NCBI GenBank assembly: GCA_963727225.1
Contig: CAVSFN010000003.1
Coordinates: 15,676 to 79,675 of the forward strand
DNA length: 64,000 bases
Source of the DNA: an uncultured Pseudomonadota bacterium
GTDB taxonomy: Bacteria > Pseudomonadota > Alphaproteobacteria > Rhizobiales > Xanthobacteraceae
Direction of reading: 5' to 3'
In this document: one piece after another, positions 56,344 through 64,000 of the stretch
Layout: every line of letters starts with the position of its first letter
Position numbering within the stretch: the first letter of the stretch is position 1
The notes under the pieces: model-generated
Told to the model about the DNA's origin: nothing
Databases searched by the model: none
Seen by the model: the letters and a program-made list of their open reading frames with translations, nothing else
Program-made: the position numbers and the translations under genes

Positions 56344-56607
56344 GTCGTCTCCGTTTCATGCATTTGATAGCGGACCGGAGTCCCCGCAAAGGCATCCATC
56401 CGTTTGATTCGGGACTTGAGTTTACGGGACCTGTCAGCCGCACGCGACATCGGCAGCGAAAATACTCCGGGATGCGTGCGGTCGCCGGTCACGGAAAAAT
56501 CTCTTCGGGCCATCGAAACATGATAGGATTAAGAGATGTCTGCCGGATAAAGCAAGCACGAGGCTTGCAGGCGGAGCCTCACGATTGAGGTGGGTTGGAG
56601 CTATACA

Positions 56608-57768
56608 ATGGCGATAGAGGCCATCCTGCCGCCGAAGGGGCGCGACTATCGCCTCGACCTGCTGCGCGGGTTCGCCAACTGGGCGATCTTTCTCGACCAC
56701 ATTCCCAATAACGCGGTCAACTGGATCACCCAGCGCAATTACGGATTCAGCGACGCGGCCGACCTGTTCGTTTTCATCTCCGGCTACACCGCCTCATTCG
56801 TCTATGCGCGGATGATGCTCGAGCGCGGGTTCTTGATTGGCGGCACCCGCCTCATCAAGCGGGCCTGGCAGATCTACGTGGCACACATCATCCTGTTCGT
56901 GATGTATATCGCCGAGATCGGATATCTCTCTCAGCGCTACGACGATCCAAACCTGGAAAATGAATTCAACGTCGCCGGGTTCATGCACAACCCGGCCGAG
57001 ACGCTTTATCAGGGCCTCATCCTCGCCTTCAAACCCGTCAATATGGACGTGTTGCCGCTCTATATCCTGCTGATGGTGATTTTCCCGCCGGTGCTGTGGA
57101 TGATGCTGCGGCGGCCGAACCTGACGCTCGCAGCATCGTTCCTGCTCTATCTGGCGGCGCGCCATTTCAGCTGGAACCTGCACGCCTATCCGACCGGCTC
57201 GTGGTATTTCAACCCATTTTGCTGGCAGCTTCTGTTCGTCTTCGGCGGATGGTTCGCGCTCGGCGGTTCAATCGAGTCCACGCCAGTGATCCGGTCGCGC
57301 GCGCTGCTCGTGCTCGGCGGCGGCTACCTTCTGTTCGCGATGGTCATGACGATGGCGGGGCGATTCCCCGAACTCGCCCATTTGATGCCCGGGTGGTTGG
57401 TCGATGCGTTCAACCCCAACGACAAGACCAATCTCGCGCCTTATCGTCTGCTTCATTTCATCATCCTTGCCTTCTTCATCACGCGGTTCATGGCGCGCGA
57501 CTGGCCGGGACTGCAATGGCCGATCTTCAGGCCCATGATCAAGTGCGGCCAACAATCGCTTGAAGTGTTCTGCTTCGGCGTCTTCCTGGCGGTCCTGGCC
57601 CATGTCGTGCTCGTCGAGGTGTCGAACACGATCTGGATGCAGATTGTGGTCAGCGCCGTCGGCATCGCGATGATGACGGTGCTGGCTTACTACCGTTCAT
57701 GGTCCAAGGATGCCGACAGGAAGCCTGCGAAGGCTTCCACAAATACAGCGCCATCAAAGCCTTCTTAG
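56608..57768 (+). CDS. OpgC-domain membrane acyltransferase-like protein
   Basis: RDYRLDLLRGFANWAIFLDHIPNNAVNWITQRNYGFSDAADLFVFISGY is typical of OpgC, with about 10 TM helices. I prefer ATG 56608 to the GTG at 56590. Confidence 0.85.
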   Translation: MAIEAILPPKGRDYRLDLLRGFANWAIFLDHIPNNAVNWITQRNYGFSDAADLFVFISGYTASFVYARMMLERGFLIGGTRLIKRAWQIYVAHIILFVMYIAEIGYLSQRYDDPNLENEFNVAGFMHNPAETLYQGLILAFKPVNMDVLPLYILLMVIFPPVLWMMLRRPNLTLAASFLLYLAARHFSWNLHAYPTGSWYFNPFCWQLLFVFGGWFALGGSIESTPVIRSRALLVLGGGYLLFAMVMTMAGRFPELAHLMPGWLVDAFNPNDKTNLAPYRLLHFIILAFFITRFMARDWPGLQWPIFRPMIKCGQQSLEVFCFGVFLAVLAHVVLVEVSNTIWMQIVVSAVGIAMMTVLAYYRSWSKDADRKPAKASTNTAPSKPS

Positions 57769-58032
57769 CCGTGCACCTTGCATTTCCTGACACGACCGCA
57801 CGCTGCGGCGTGCCTCGGAATATCCGGCGTCCGCCAGGCGTAAGCGTCCCGGCTTTTCGCTGCAATGCAGCACGAAGAATGAGACTAGCAGTAAAGTAAC
57901 CCTGCATCCGCGCGCCCGCGTAACGCGCAATATCCCGCTTCTGCGGAAACGACGGACAGATCAGATCGCGTCGTCATAACCCGCGCCATGAACGTCAACG
58001 AACGTCAGGGAAACGGAAACGGGAGGATTTCT

Positions 58033-59283
58033 ATGTTGAAGGGCAGTATGGGGCTTGCTGTGCTGGCGAGCCTGTTTATGACGGGCGCCGCTTTCGCTCA
58101 GGAGAAGATCAAAGTTGGTGTGACGGCGACCCTGGAGGGCACCTACACGGTGCTCGGCGAGGATGGCATCCGCGGCTTTCAGACCGCATTGAACAAATTC
58201 GGCACCAAGATCGGCGACAAGCAACTTGAGTTCGTCATCGCCTCCACCGACGCCACCCCCGACTCCGCGGTACGCGCCGTTCGCAAGCTGATCGAACAGG
58301 ACAAGGTGCAGATCCTGCTTTCACCCTTGTCGGGCGACGAAGGCATCGCGGTCAAGAACTTCGCCAAGACGCACCCGGAACTGACGTTCATCAACGCCGC
58401 GTCGGGCGCGCAGGAAACCACCTATGTCGATCCGGCGCCGAACTTCTTCCGCTTCAACATGGACGGCGCGCAATGGCAGGTCGGTCTCGGCAAATATGCC
58501 TATGAAACCAAGGGTTATCGAAAGATCGCCACGGTGGGCGAGGACTATTCCTTCATCTACACCCAGGTGTTTGGGCTGGTGCTCGAATTCTGCGGCGCCG
58601 GCGGCCAGGTCACCAACCGGCAATGGGTCCCGCTCGGAACCAAGGATTTTGCCTCGGTGATCGCCGCGCTGCCCGACGACGTCGACGCGATCTATCTCGG
58701 GCTTGGCGGCGCGGACGCCGTCAACTTCCTCAATCAATACCAGCAGGCCGGCGGCAAGGCGCACTTGCTCGGCGGCTCGATCATGGTCGACCAGACCATC
58801 ATGTCGGCGAAGGGCAACGCCAAGCAGGCGCTGACCGGCACCATTGCCGCCAGCGGCCAGGCCGACACCTGGGAAGATCCGGGCTGGCAGGCTTTCGTGA
58901 AGGCCTATCAGGCCGCTTTCCCGCCGGAGAAGCGCTTTCCGAGCCCGTCCTTGCTTGCGACCAACTATTACGGCTCGACGATGGCGTTGATTCTCGCGCT
59001 GCAAAAGGTCAATGGCGATCTCAGCGACAATCAATCCAAGTTCAAGGCAGCCCTCGCTTCGCTTGAAATCGATGCGCCCAACGGGAAAATCAAGCTCGAC
59101 TCCAACCGTCAGGCGATCGGCACGAATTTCGTCACCGAAGTCATTGACGATGGCAAGGGTGCCCTGTTCAGCAAGGTGGTGAAGGTCATACCGAACGTGA
59201 ACCAGACGCTCGGCTACGATCCGGCGGTATTCGCCAAGATCGGCCTGCCGAGCCGCACGGTTCCCGAGTGCAAAAAGTACTGA
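58033..59283 (+). CDS. ABC transporter substrate-binding protein (LivJ/PBP1 family)
   Basis: Signal peptide MLKGSMGLAVLASLFMTGAAFA/QEKIKVGV. GGGAGG RBS 7 nt upstream of ATG 58033. Confidence 0.88.
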   Translation: MLKGSMGLAVLASLFMTGAAFAQEKIKVGVTATLEGTYTVLGEDGIRGFQTALNKFGTKIGDKQLEFVIASTDATPDSAVRAVRKLIEQDKVQILLSPLSGDEGIAVKNFAKTHPELTFINAASGAQETTYVDPAPNFFRFNMDGAQWQVGLGKYAYETKGYRKIATVGEDYSFIYTQVFGLVLEFCGAGGQVTNRQWVPLGTKDFASVIAALPDDVDAIYLGLGGADAVNFLNQYQQAGGKAHLLGGSIMVDQTIMSAKGNAKQALTGTIAASGQADTWEDPGWQAFVKAYQAAFPPEKRFPSPSLLATNYYGSTMALILALQKVNGDLSDNQSKFKAALASLEIDAPNGKIKLDSNRQAIGTNFVTEVIDDGKGALFSKVVKVIPNVNQTLGYDPAVFAKIGLPSRTVPECKKY

Positions 59284-59430
59284 AATGAACCGGCGGCCGG
59301 CGCCGTTGGGGGCCGGCCGCCCCTTCGCCAAACCCTGATTTTTATTCGGTTTTCGAACCCGGACTTGCATTCTCCCCGCGAATGATCAACGTTATAAAAA
59401 AAGATAAGACACAATTCGCGGGAGGAGTGC

Positions 59431-60246
59431 ATGAGTCGGGCTCTTGCCGTCTTTCACGGCAATTTCGGCCGCGCGAGTATCTATCAGCTCAATCGTCCCT
59501 TCAACGTGCATGCGCATCGCGAAGGGCATCTGATTTTTCATGTCGGCGGCACGCCAGGCTGCATCGAAGTGCTCGAGCACCCTTGGCCGCTCCGGGAGGA
59601 TACCGTGGTTGCGGTCAATCCCTGGGAGCCGCACAATTTCCTGCCCAACGATCTCGGGAACGGGGCGCTGTTTTTCGTCCTTTACGTCAACGCCGAGTGG
59701 TTCGCGGGCGTCCGTGGCCTGCGTTTCGGGTGTACGCAATTCAAGCGCACCGCGACCCTGGACAAGAATATCCGGCAGGCAGCGGCCATGGTTTGCGGCG
59801 CTCCCTCGCTCAACGGTCTCGACGGGGAGTTGCGGAACCTGATCGATGCCTGCCACGAAGAGAGCTGGGGCCAGGCCGACGTTTCGCCGGACGGTCATGG
59901 TGGTGCTGCGGTCACCGACTTTCGCGTGCGCAAGTCGATCCGGCTGCTCGCGGAAAGCGTGGGCGCCGAGATCGAGCTCGATGCGATCGCGCGCGAGGCA
60001 GGCCTTTCGCGCCCGCATTTCTACAAGCTTTTCCGAACCCAGACCGGCGTCACGCCGCATGTCTACGTCAACACGCTGCTGATGGAAAAAGCCCTGGATT
60101 CGCTGGTGGCCACCGAAGCGTCGATCGCCGACATCGGCTTCGACCTCGGCTTTTCGTCGCAGAGCGGTTTCACGCGCTTCTTTGCCGCCAATGTCGGCAT
60201 GGCCCCAACGGACTATCGGCGCGCCGCCAAGGTCCTGAGGGCCTGA
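59431..60246 (+). CDS. AraC-family transcriptional regulator (cupin-like N-terminus)
   Basis: C-terminal double HTH: LDAIAREAGLSRPHFYKLFRTQTGVTPHVY...IADIGFDLGFSSQSGFTRFFAANVGMAPTDYRR. Confidence 0.88.
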   Translation: MSRALAVFHGNFGRASIYQLNRPFNVHAHREGHLIFHVGGTPGCIEVLEHPWPLREDTVVAVNPWEPHNFLPNDLGNGALFFVLYVNAEWFAGVRGLRFGCTQFKRTATLDKNIRQAAAMVCGAPSLNGLDGELRNLIDACHEESWGQADVSPDGHGGAAVTDFRVRKSIRLLAESVGAEIELDAIAREAGLSRPHFYKLFRTQTGVTPHVYVNTLLMEKALDSLVATEASIADIGFDLGFSSQSGFTRFFAANVGMAPTDYRRAAKVLRA

Positions 60247-60461
60247 CCGGCGCAGCCGGCGCGAGAAAGCATACTGGCGATCAAGTCCAAGCCGCGCGAG
60301 GCCGATAGGATGGCGGCGGATGCGGACTGTGAACCGGCGTTGCACCCGGGGAGGACAAGGGCCGACATGGCGTCGAACATGACAAGCTGTTGTCGCACGC
60401 CAGCCGGCGCGGGCCGGGCGCTTGCTGGTGTCCGGGCCCTGACAGCGCGCGGGCGGCACCC

Positions 60462-61472
60462 ATGACAAGGTTCATCGAACGCAATCCGCTGTGGTCGTTC
60501 GTCATCCTGATCGCGATCGCGGCAGCGCTGTGGCTGATTTTCGCGACCTGGCCGCAGGGCCTGGAGGACGCCTTCGGCAGAAAGAAGGTGTTCCTCAATG
60601 CCGTTTTCAACGGCATCACGCTGGGGGGCCTGTATTTTCTGGTGGCGAGCGGCTTCACCCTGATCTTCGGGTTGATGCGCAACGTCAATCTCGCGCACGG
60701 TTCGCTCTATCTGTTCGGGGGCTATGTCGGCTATGCCGTCAGCGTCGCGACCGGCTCGTGGATCCTGAGTTTCGTCGCCGCGTTCATCGTCGTCGCGCTG
60801 CTCGGCGTCGCCATGCAAATCCTCGTCTTCCGCCGCATGGAGGGTCAGGATTTGCGCCAGACCATGGTCACAATCGGATTGTCGATCGTGTTCGCCGACC
60901 TGATGCTGTGGGCTTTCGGCGGCGACTTCTATCAGATCCAGACGCCGAGCGCGCTGGTTGGCCCGATCACCTTGCCGTTCGTCACTGCCGTCAAGTCCTC
61001 CGGTGAGGTGGTCTATCTGTCGTACCCGATGGTGCGTCTGGTCATCTTCGCCGCGTCCGTCGTGATCGGCGTTGCGATGTGGCTCGCGCTCAATCGCACG
61101 CGCATCGGCATGATCGTGCGCGCCGGCGTCGATGATCGCGACATTCTGGCGGCGATGGGCGTCCGCATTCAACTGGTGTTCGTCCTCGTGTTCGCCCTCG
61201 GTGCCGGGCTTGCGGGCATGGCCGGTGTCGTCGGCGGTACGTTTCAGTCGATCTCGCCCGGCGAAGACACCCGGTTCCTGCTCGCCTCGCTCGTCGTCGT
61301 CATCATCGGCGGCATGGGATCGATCCCGGGCGCTGCGCTCGGTGCGCTCATCATCGGGCTCGCCGAGCAACTCGGCTCGGTCTACATCCCGACCTACGCG
61401 ATCGTGGTGACATTCCTGATCATGGTGCTCGTGCTGGCCATTCGGCCGCAGGGCCTGCTGGCGGGCCGCTAG
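60462..61472 (+). CDS. Branched-chain-amino-acid-type ABC permease (LivH-like)
   Basis: NGITLGGLYFLVASGFTLIFGLMRNVNLAHG. Start moved to ATG 60462 (MTRFIERNPLW). Confidence 0.88.
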   Translation: MTRFIERNPLWSFVILIAIAAALWLIFATWPQGLEDAFGRKKVFLNAVFNGITLGGLYFLVASGFTLIFGLMRNVNLAHGSLYLFGGYVGYAVSVATGSWILSFVAAFIVVALLGVAMQILVFRRMEGQDLRQTMVTIGLSIVFADLMLWAFGGDFYQIQTPSALVGPITLPFVTAVKSSGEVVYLSYPMVRLVIFAASVVIGVAMWLALNRTRIGMIVRAGVDDRDILAAMGVRIQLVFVLVFALGAGLAGMAGVVGGTFQSISPGEDTRFLLASLVVVIIGGMGSIPGAALGALIIGLAEQLGSVYIPTYAIVVTFLIMVLVLAIRPQGLLAGR

Positions 61473-61474
61473 CC

Positions 61475-62560
61475 ATGTCGATTACCCAGGATGCGCGGCT
61501 TCAGCCCGACAACGCCGTCGCGACGGCGACACCGTTGCCCGGCCTTGCTCGTCCGGATTTCGGCAACCCTGCCGCCTGGGTTGTCGGCTTCATCCTGCTC
61601 GTCATGCCACTGCTCGCCAACGGTTTTTTCCTGATCGAGATTTTCGGCACCACCCTTATTCTCGGTATCGTGGCGCTGAGCCTGATGTTCCTGGCCGGTT
61701 ATGGCGGCATGGTCAGCCTGATGCAGCTGACGATCGCAGGCCTTGCCGGCTACATGACGGCGGTGTTCGGTCTCAGCGGCAATGCCAACATCAGCCTCGG
61801 ATGGCCCTGGTGGCTCGCGACGCCGATGGCGATTGCGCTGGCGACGCTGTTCGGCACGGTCAGCGGGGCGCTCGCGGTGCGCACCGAAGGCATCTACACG
61901 ATCATGATCACGCTGGCGATAGCATCGGCGTTCTACTACTTCACCAACCAGAATTGGGTTATTTTCAACGGCCACACCGGCCTCAACACCGTCGTCACAC
62001 CGCATTTCTGGGGTGTCGACTGGCGCGCGGATGTCCCCTTCTACTATGTAATACTCGCGGTCGCCGTACTCTGCTTCGCCGCGGTTGGCTATCTTTCGCG
62101 CACACCGTTCGGGTTGGCCTTGCAAGGCGTCCGCGACAATCCGCGCCGGATGGCGGCGCTCGGGTTCAACGTCAATGCGCACCGCGTCGCCGCCTATGCG
62201 TTCGCCTCGTTCATGGCATCGCTCGCCGGCGTTTTGCAAGTCTGGAACTACCGGCAGATCTCGCCCGGCTCGGTCGGGGTCGAACGGGCGATCGATATTC
62301 TCATCATCGCGGTCGTCGGCGGCATCACCCGTCCGATTGGTCCGTTCATCGGCGCCCTTATATTTGTTCTGCTGCGTACCTTCACGCTTGATTTCCTGGT
62401 CGCGATCGGGCTCGACGGCAATCGCTTTCGCCTGCTGATCGGCCTCGGCTTCCTCGTCATCGTGCTGTTCTCCCCGGACGGCATCGTCGGACTATGGGAG
62501 CGTTGGCGCGGCCGCGGCGGCGGGCCCACACAGCCGGGCGGAGGCCACGGCCATGGATAG
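61475..62560 (+). CDS. Branched-chain-amino-acid-type ABC permease (LivM-like)
   Basis: SLMFLAGYGGMVSLMQLTIAGLAGY, multi-pass. It starts 3 nt after the upstream stop. Confidence 0.88.
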   Translation: MSITQDARLQPDNAVATATPLPGLARPDFGNPAAWVVGFILLVMPLLANGFFLIEIFGTTLILGIVALSLMFLAGYGGMVSLMQLTIAGLAGYMTAVFGLSGNANISLGWPWWLATPMAIALATLFGTVSGALAVRTEGIYTIMITLAIASAFYYFTNQNWVIFNGHTGLNTVVTPHFWGVDWRADVPFYYVILAVAVLCFAAVGYLSRTPFGLALQGVRDNPRRMAALGFNVNAHRVAAYAFASFMASLAGVLQVWNYRQISPGSVGVERAIDILIIAVVGGITRPIGPFIGALIFVLLRTFTLDFLVAIGLDGNRFRLLIGLGFLVIVLFSPDGIVGLWERWRGRGGGPTQPGGGHGHG

Positions 62561-63335
62561 CGTCGCGCGACGCCTTTCAGCGGTCGGTACCGGAGCAGCC
62601 CTCGAACTGCGCGGCGTGACGCGGCTGTTCGGGGCGCTCGCGGCGCTGACCGACGTCACGCTGACGGTGCGCCCGGGTGAGCGGCGGGCGGTGCTCGGCT
62701 CCAACGGCGCCGGCAAGACAACACTCTTCAATTGCATTACGGGCGATTTTCCGCCGACCTCCGGCACCATTCGGTTCTTCGGCGAGGACGTCACCCATTT
62801 TCCGCCCTACGAGCGGATCCGACGCGGCCTGCGGCGCACTTATCAGATTTCCGCGCTGTTTCCGGGGCTCACCGTTCACGACAATGTCTATTTGGCCTGT
62901 TGCGGCGTTTCGCGCAGCCGCTTCTCGCCGATCCGGCCGCGCATCAATGACGCGTTGATGCAGGCTGCCGACGATCTCGTCCAGGCGGTGCATCTGACGG
63001 CGGTCAAGCAACGGCGCGTCGCCGAACTCGCTTACGGTCAGCAGCGCCAGCTGGAAATCGCGCTCGCGCTCGCCGGCGCCCCGCGCTTCATCCTGTTCGA
63101 CGAACCGGCCGCCGGCCTGTCGCCGACCGAGCGCGGCGAACTGGTGGAGATCCTGACATCGCTGCCCGGGCATATCGGCTACATCATCATCGAACACGAC
63201 ATGGACGTGGCGCTGCGCGTCGTCGAGAGCGTTACGATGATGCATAATGGCCGCATCTTCAAGGAAGGGCCGCCGCAGGAAATCGAGTCCGATCCCGAAG
63301 TCCAGGAGCTTTATCTCGGAGGCGCGCATGGCTGA
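62553..63335 (+). CDS. ABC transporter ATP-binding protein (LivG-like)
   Basis: Walker A VLGSNGAGKTTLFNCITG, signature LAYGQQRQLEIALAL, and Walker B ILFDEPA. Confidence 0.9.
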   Translation: MDSVARRLSAVGTGAALELRGVTRLFGALAALTDVTLTVRPGERRAVLGSNGAGKTTLFNCITGDFPPTSGTIRFFGEDVTHFPPYERIRRGLRRTYQISALFPGLTVHDNVYLACCGVSRSRFSPIRPRINDALMQAADDLVQAVHLTAVKQRRVAELAYGQQRQLEIALALAGAPRFILFDEPAAGLSPTERGELVEILTSLPGHIGYIIIEHDMDVALRVVESVTMMHNGRIFKEGPPQEIESDPEVQELYLGGAHG

Positions 63336-64000
63336 CGCCCGCCGCGCCGCCCCGATCCTCGAGGTCCGAGGCCTCGACGTCTATTACGGCCGCTCGCACG
63401 CGCTGCAGGGCGTCGACCTGACCCTCGACTCCGGCGTGCTTTCCGTTGTCGGCCGCAACGGCATGGGCAAGACCACGCTCTGCAAGACGATCATGGGACT
63501 GGTGCGCGCGACCGGTGGTTCGGTCCGCATGGGCGGCGAGGACCTGTTGTCGCTGCAACCTGCGCAGATCGCCCGGCTCGGCGTCGGCTACGTCCCGCAG
63601 GGGCGACGTCTGTGGCGTTCGCTCACCGTCGACGAGCATTTGCGCATGACCGCGGGCATCCGCCGTGGCGCGTGGACGGTCGAGCGCATCTACGACACGT
63701 TCCCGCGCCTTGCCGAGCGCAAGAACAATGGCGGAGGCCAGCTCTCCGGCGGCGAACAGCAGATGCTGGCGATCTCGCGCGCTCTGGTCACCAATCCGCG
63801 CCTCCTGATCATGGACGAGCCAACCGAAGGACTCGCCCCCGTCATCGTCGCACAGGTCGAGGAGATGCTGGTGCGGCTGGGTGAGGAGGGCGACATTTCC
63901 GTGCTCGTCATCGAGCAGAATATCGGGGTGGCGACGGCGGTCGCCAGCCGCGTTGCCATCATGGTCAACGGCCGCGTCAATCGCGTTATCGATTCCGCGC
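63328..64000 (+). CDS. ABC transporter ATP-binding protein (LivF-like), 3' end truncated by the window edge
   Basis: Not in the track (no stop in the window). My translation from ATG 63328 reads MADARRAAPILEVRGLDVYYGRSHALQGVDLTLDSGVLSVVGRNGMGKTTLCKTIMG...LSGGEQQMLAISRAL...LIMDEPTEGLAP. It overlaps the upstream gene by 8 nt. Confidence 0.88.
   Translation, partial: MADARRAAPILEVRGLDVYYGRSHALQGVDLTLDSGVLSVVGRNGMGKTTLCKTIMGLVRATGGSVRMGGEDLLSLQPAQIARLGVGYVPQGRRLWRSLTVDEHLRMTAGIRRGAWTVERIYDTFPRLAERKNNGGGQLSGGEQQMLAISRALVTNPRLLIMDEPTEGLAPVIVAQVEEMLVRLGEEGDISVLVIEQNIGVATAVASRVAIMVNGRVNRVIDSA

Overview
A 64-kb, high-G+C chromosomal segment (about 63% in sampled lines) from an alphaproteobacterium. 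Gene order, protein sequences and the hairpin-rich intergenic repeats resemble Bradyrhizobiaceae/Nitrobacteraceae; this is an inference and needs BLAST. 1-10 kb, minus strand: the replication-initiation neighbourhood, rpsT, a 1.24-kb non-coding spacer, dnaA, dnaN, recF, a 721-aa secreted repeat protein, and gyrB (partial, runs off the edge). 10-30 kb: mixed housekeeping and accessory genes. These are msrA, a Wza-like lipoprotein, two hydrolases, a two-subunit molybdenum hydroxylase, an HD-GYP protein, a P450, an acyl-CoA ligase, a VOC/ArsR/SRPBCC/DUF899 block, an acetolactate-synthase-like TPP enzyme, a GH15 glucoamylase and a Cof-type HAD. 30.2-34.2 kb: a lower-G+C islet (about 53%) bracketed by an imperfect 20-bp direct repeat. 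It holds only function-unknown ORFs, including two DUF4238-like paralogues (one decayed), and is the most accessory-looking part of the window. 34.3-53.4 kb: a large uncharacterised catabolic supercluster. It has a Rieske oxygenase alpha/beta pair plus CoA-ester enzymes on the + strand. On the - strand it has a Liv-type ABC importer with an embedded, frameshifted acyl-CoA ligase and an FAD oxidoreductase. TetR, DUF2889, a quinone oxidoreductase and a thiolase follow. 53.6-64 kb: a GGDEF cyclase, serA, opgC, and a second Liv-type ABC importer with an AraC regulator (the last gene is truncated by the edge). I found no rRNA, tRNA, CRISPR array, transposase or integrase. Several dispersed REP/MITE-like repeat families recur inside the window. 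Three loci show apparent frameshifts: the DUF4238 paralogue, the acyl-CoA ligase, and the SnoaL/crotonase junction. All product calls come from reading motifs in the supplied or self-made translations; no database search was possible.
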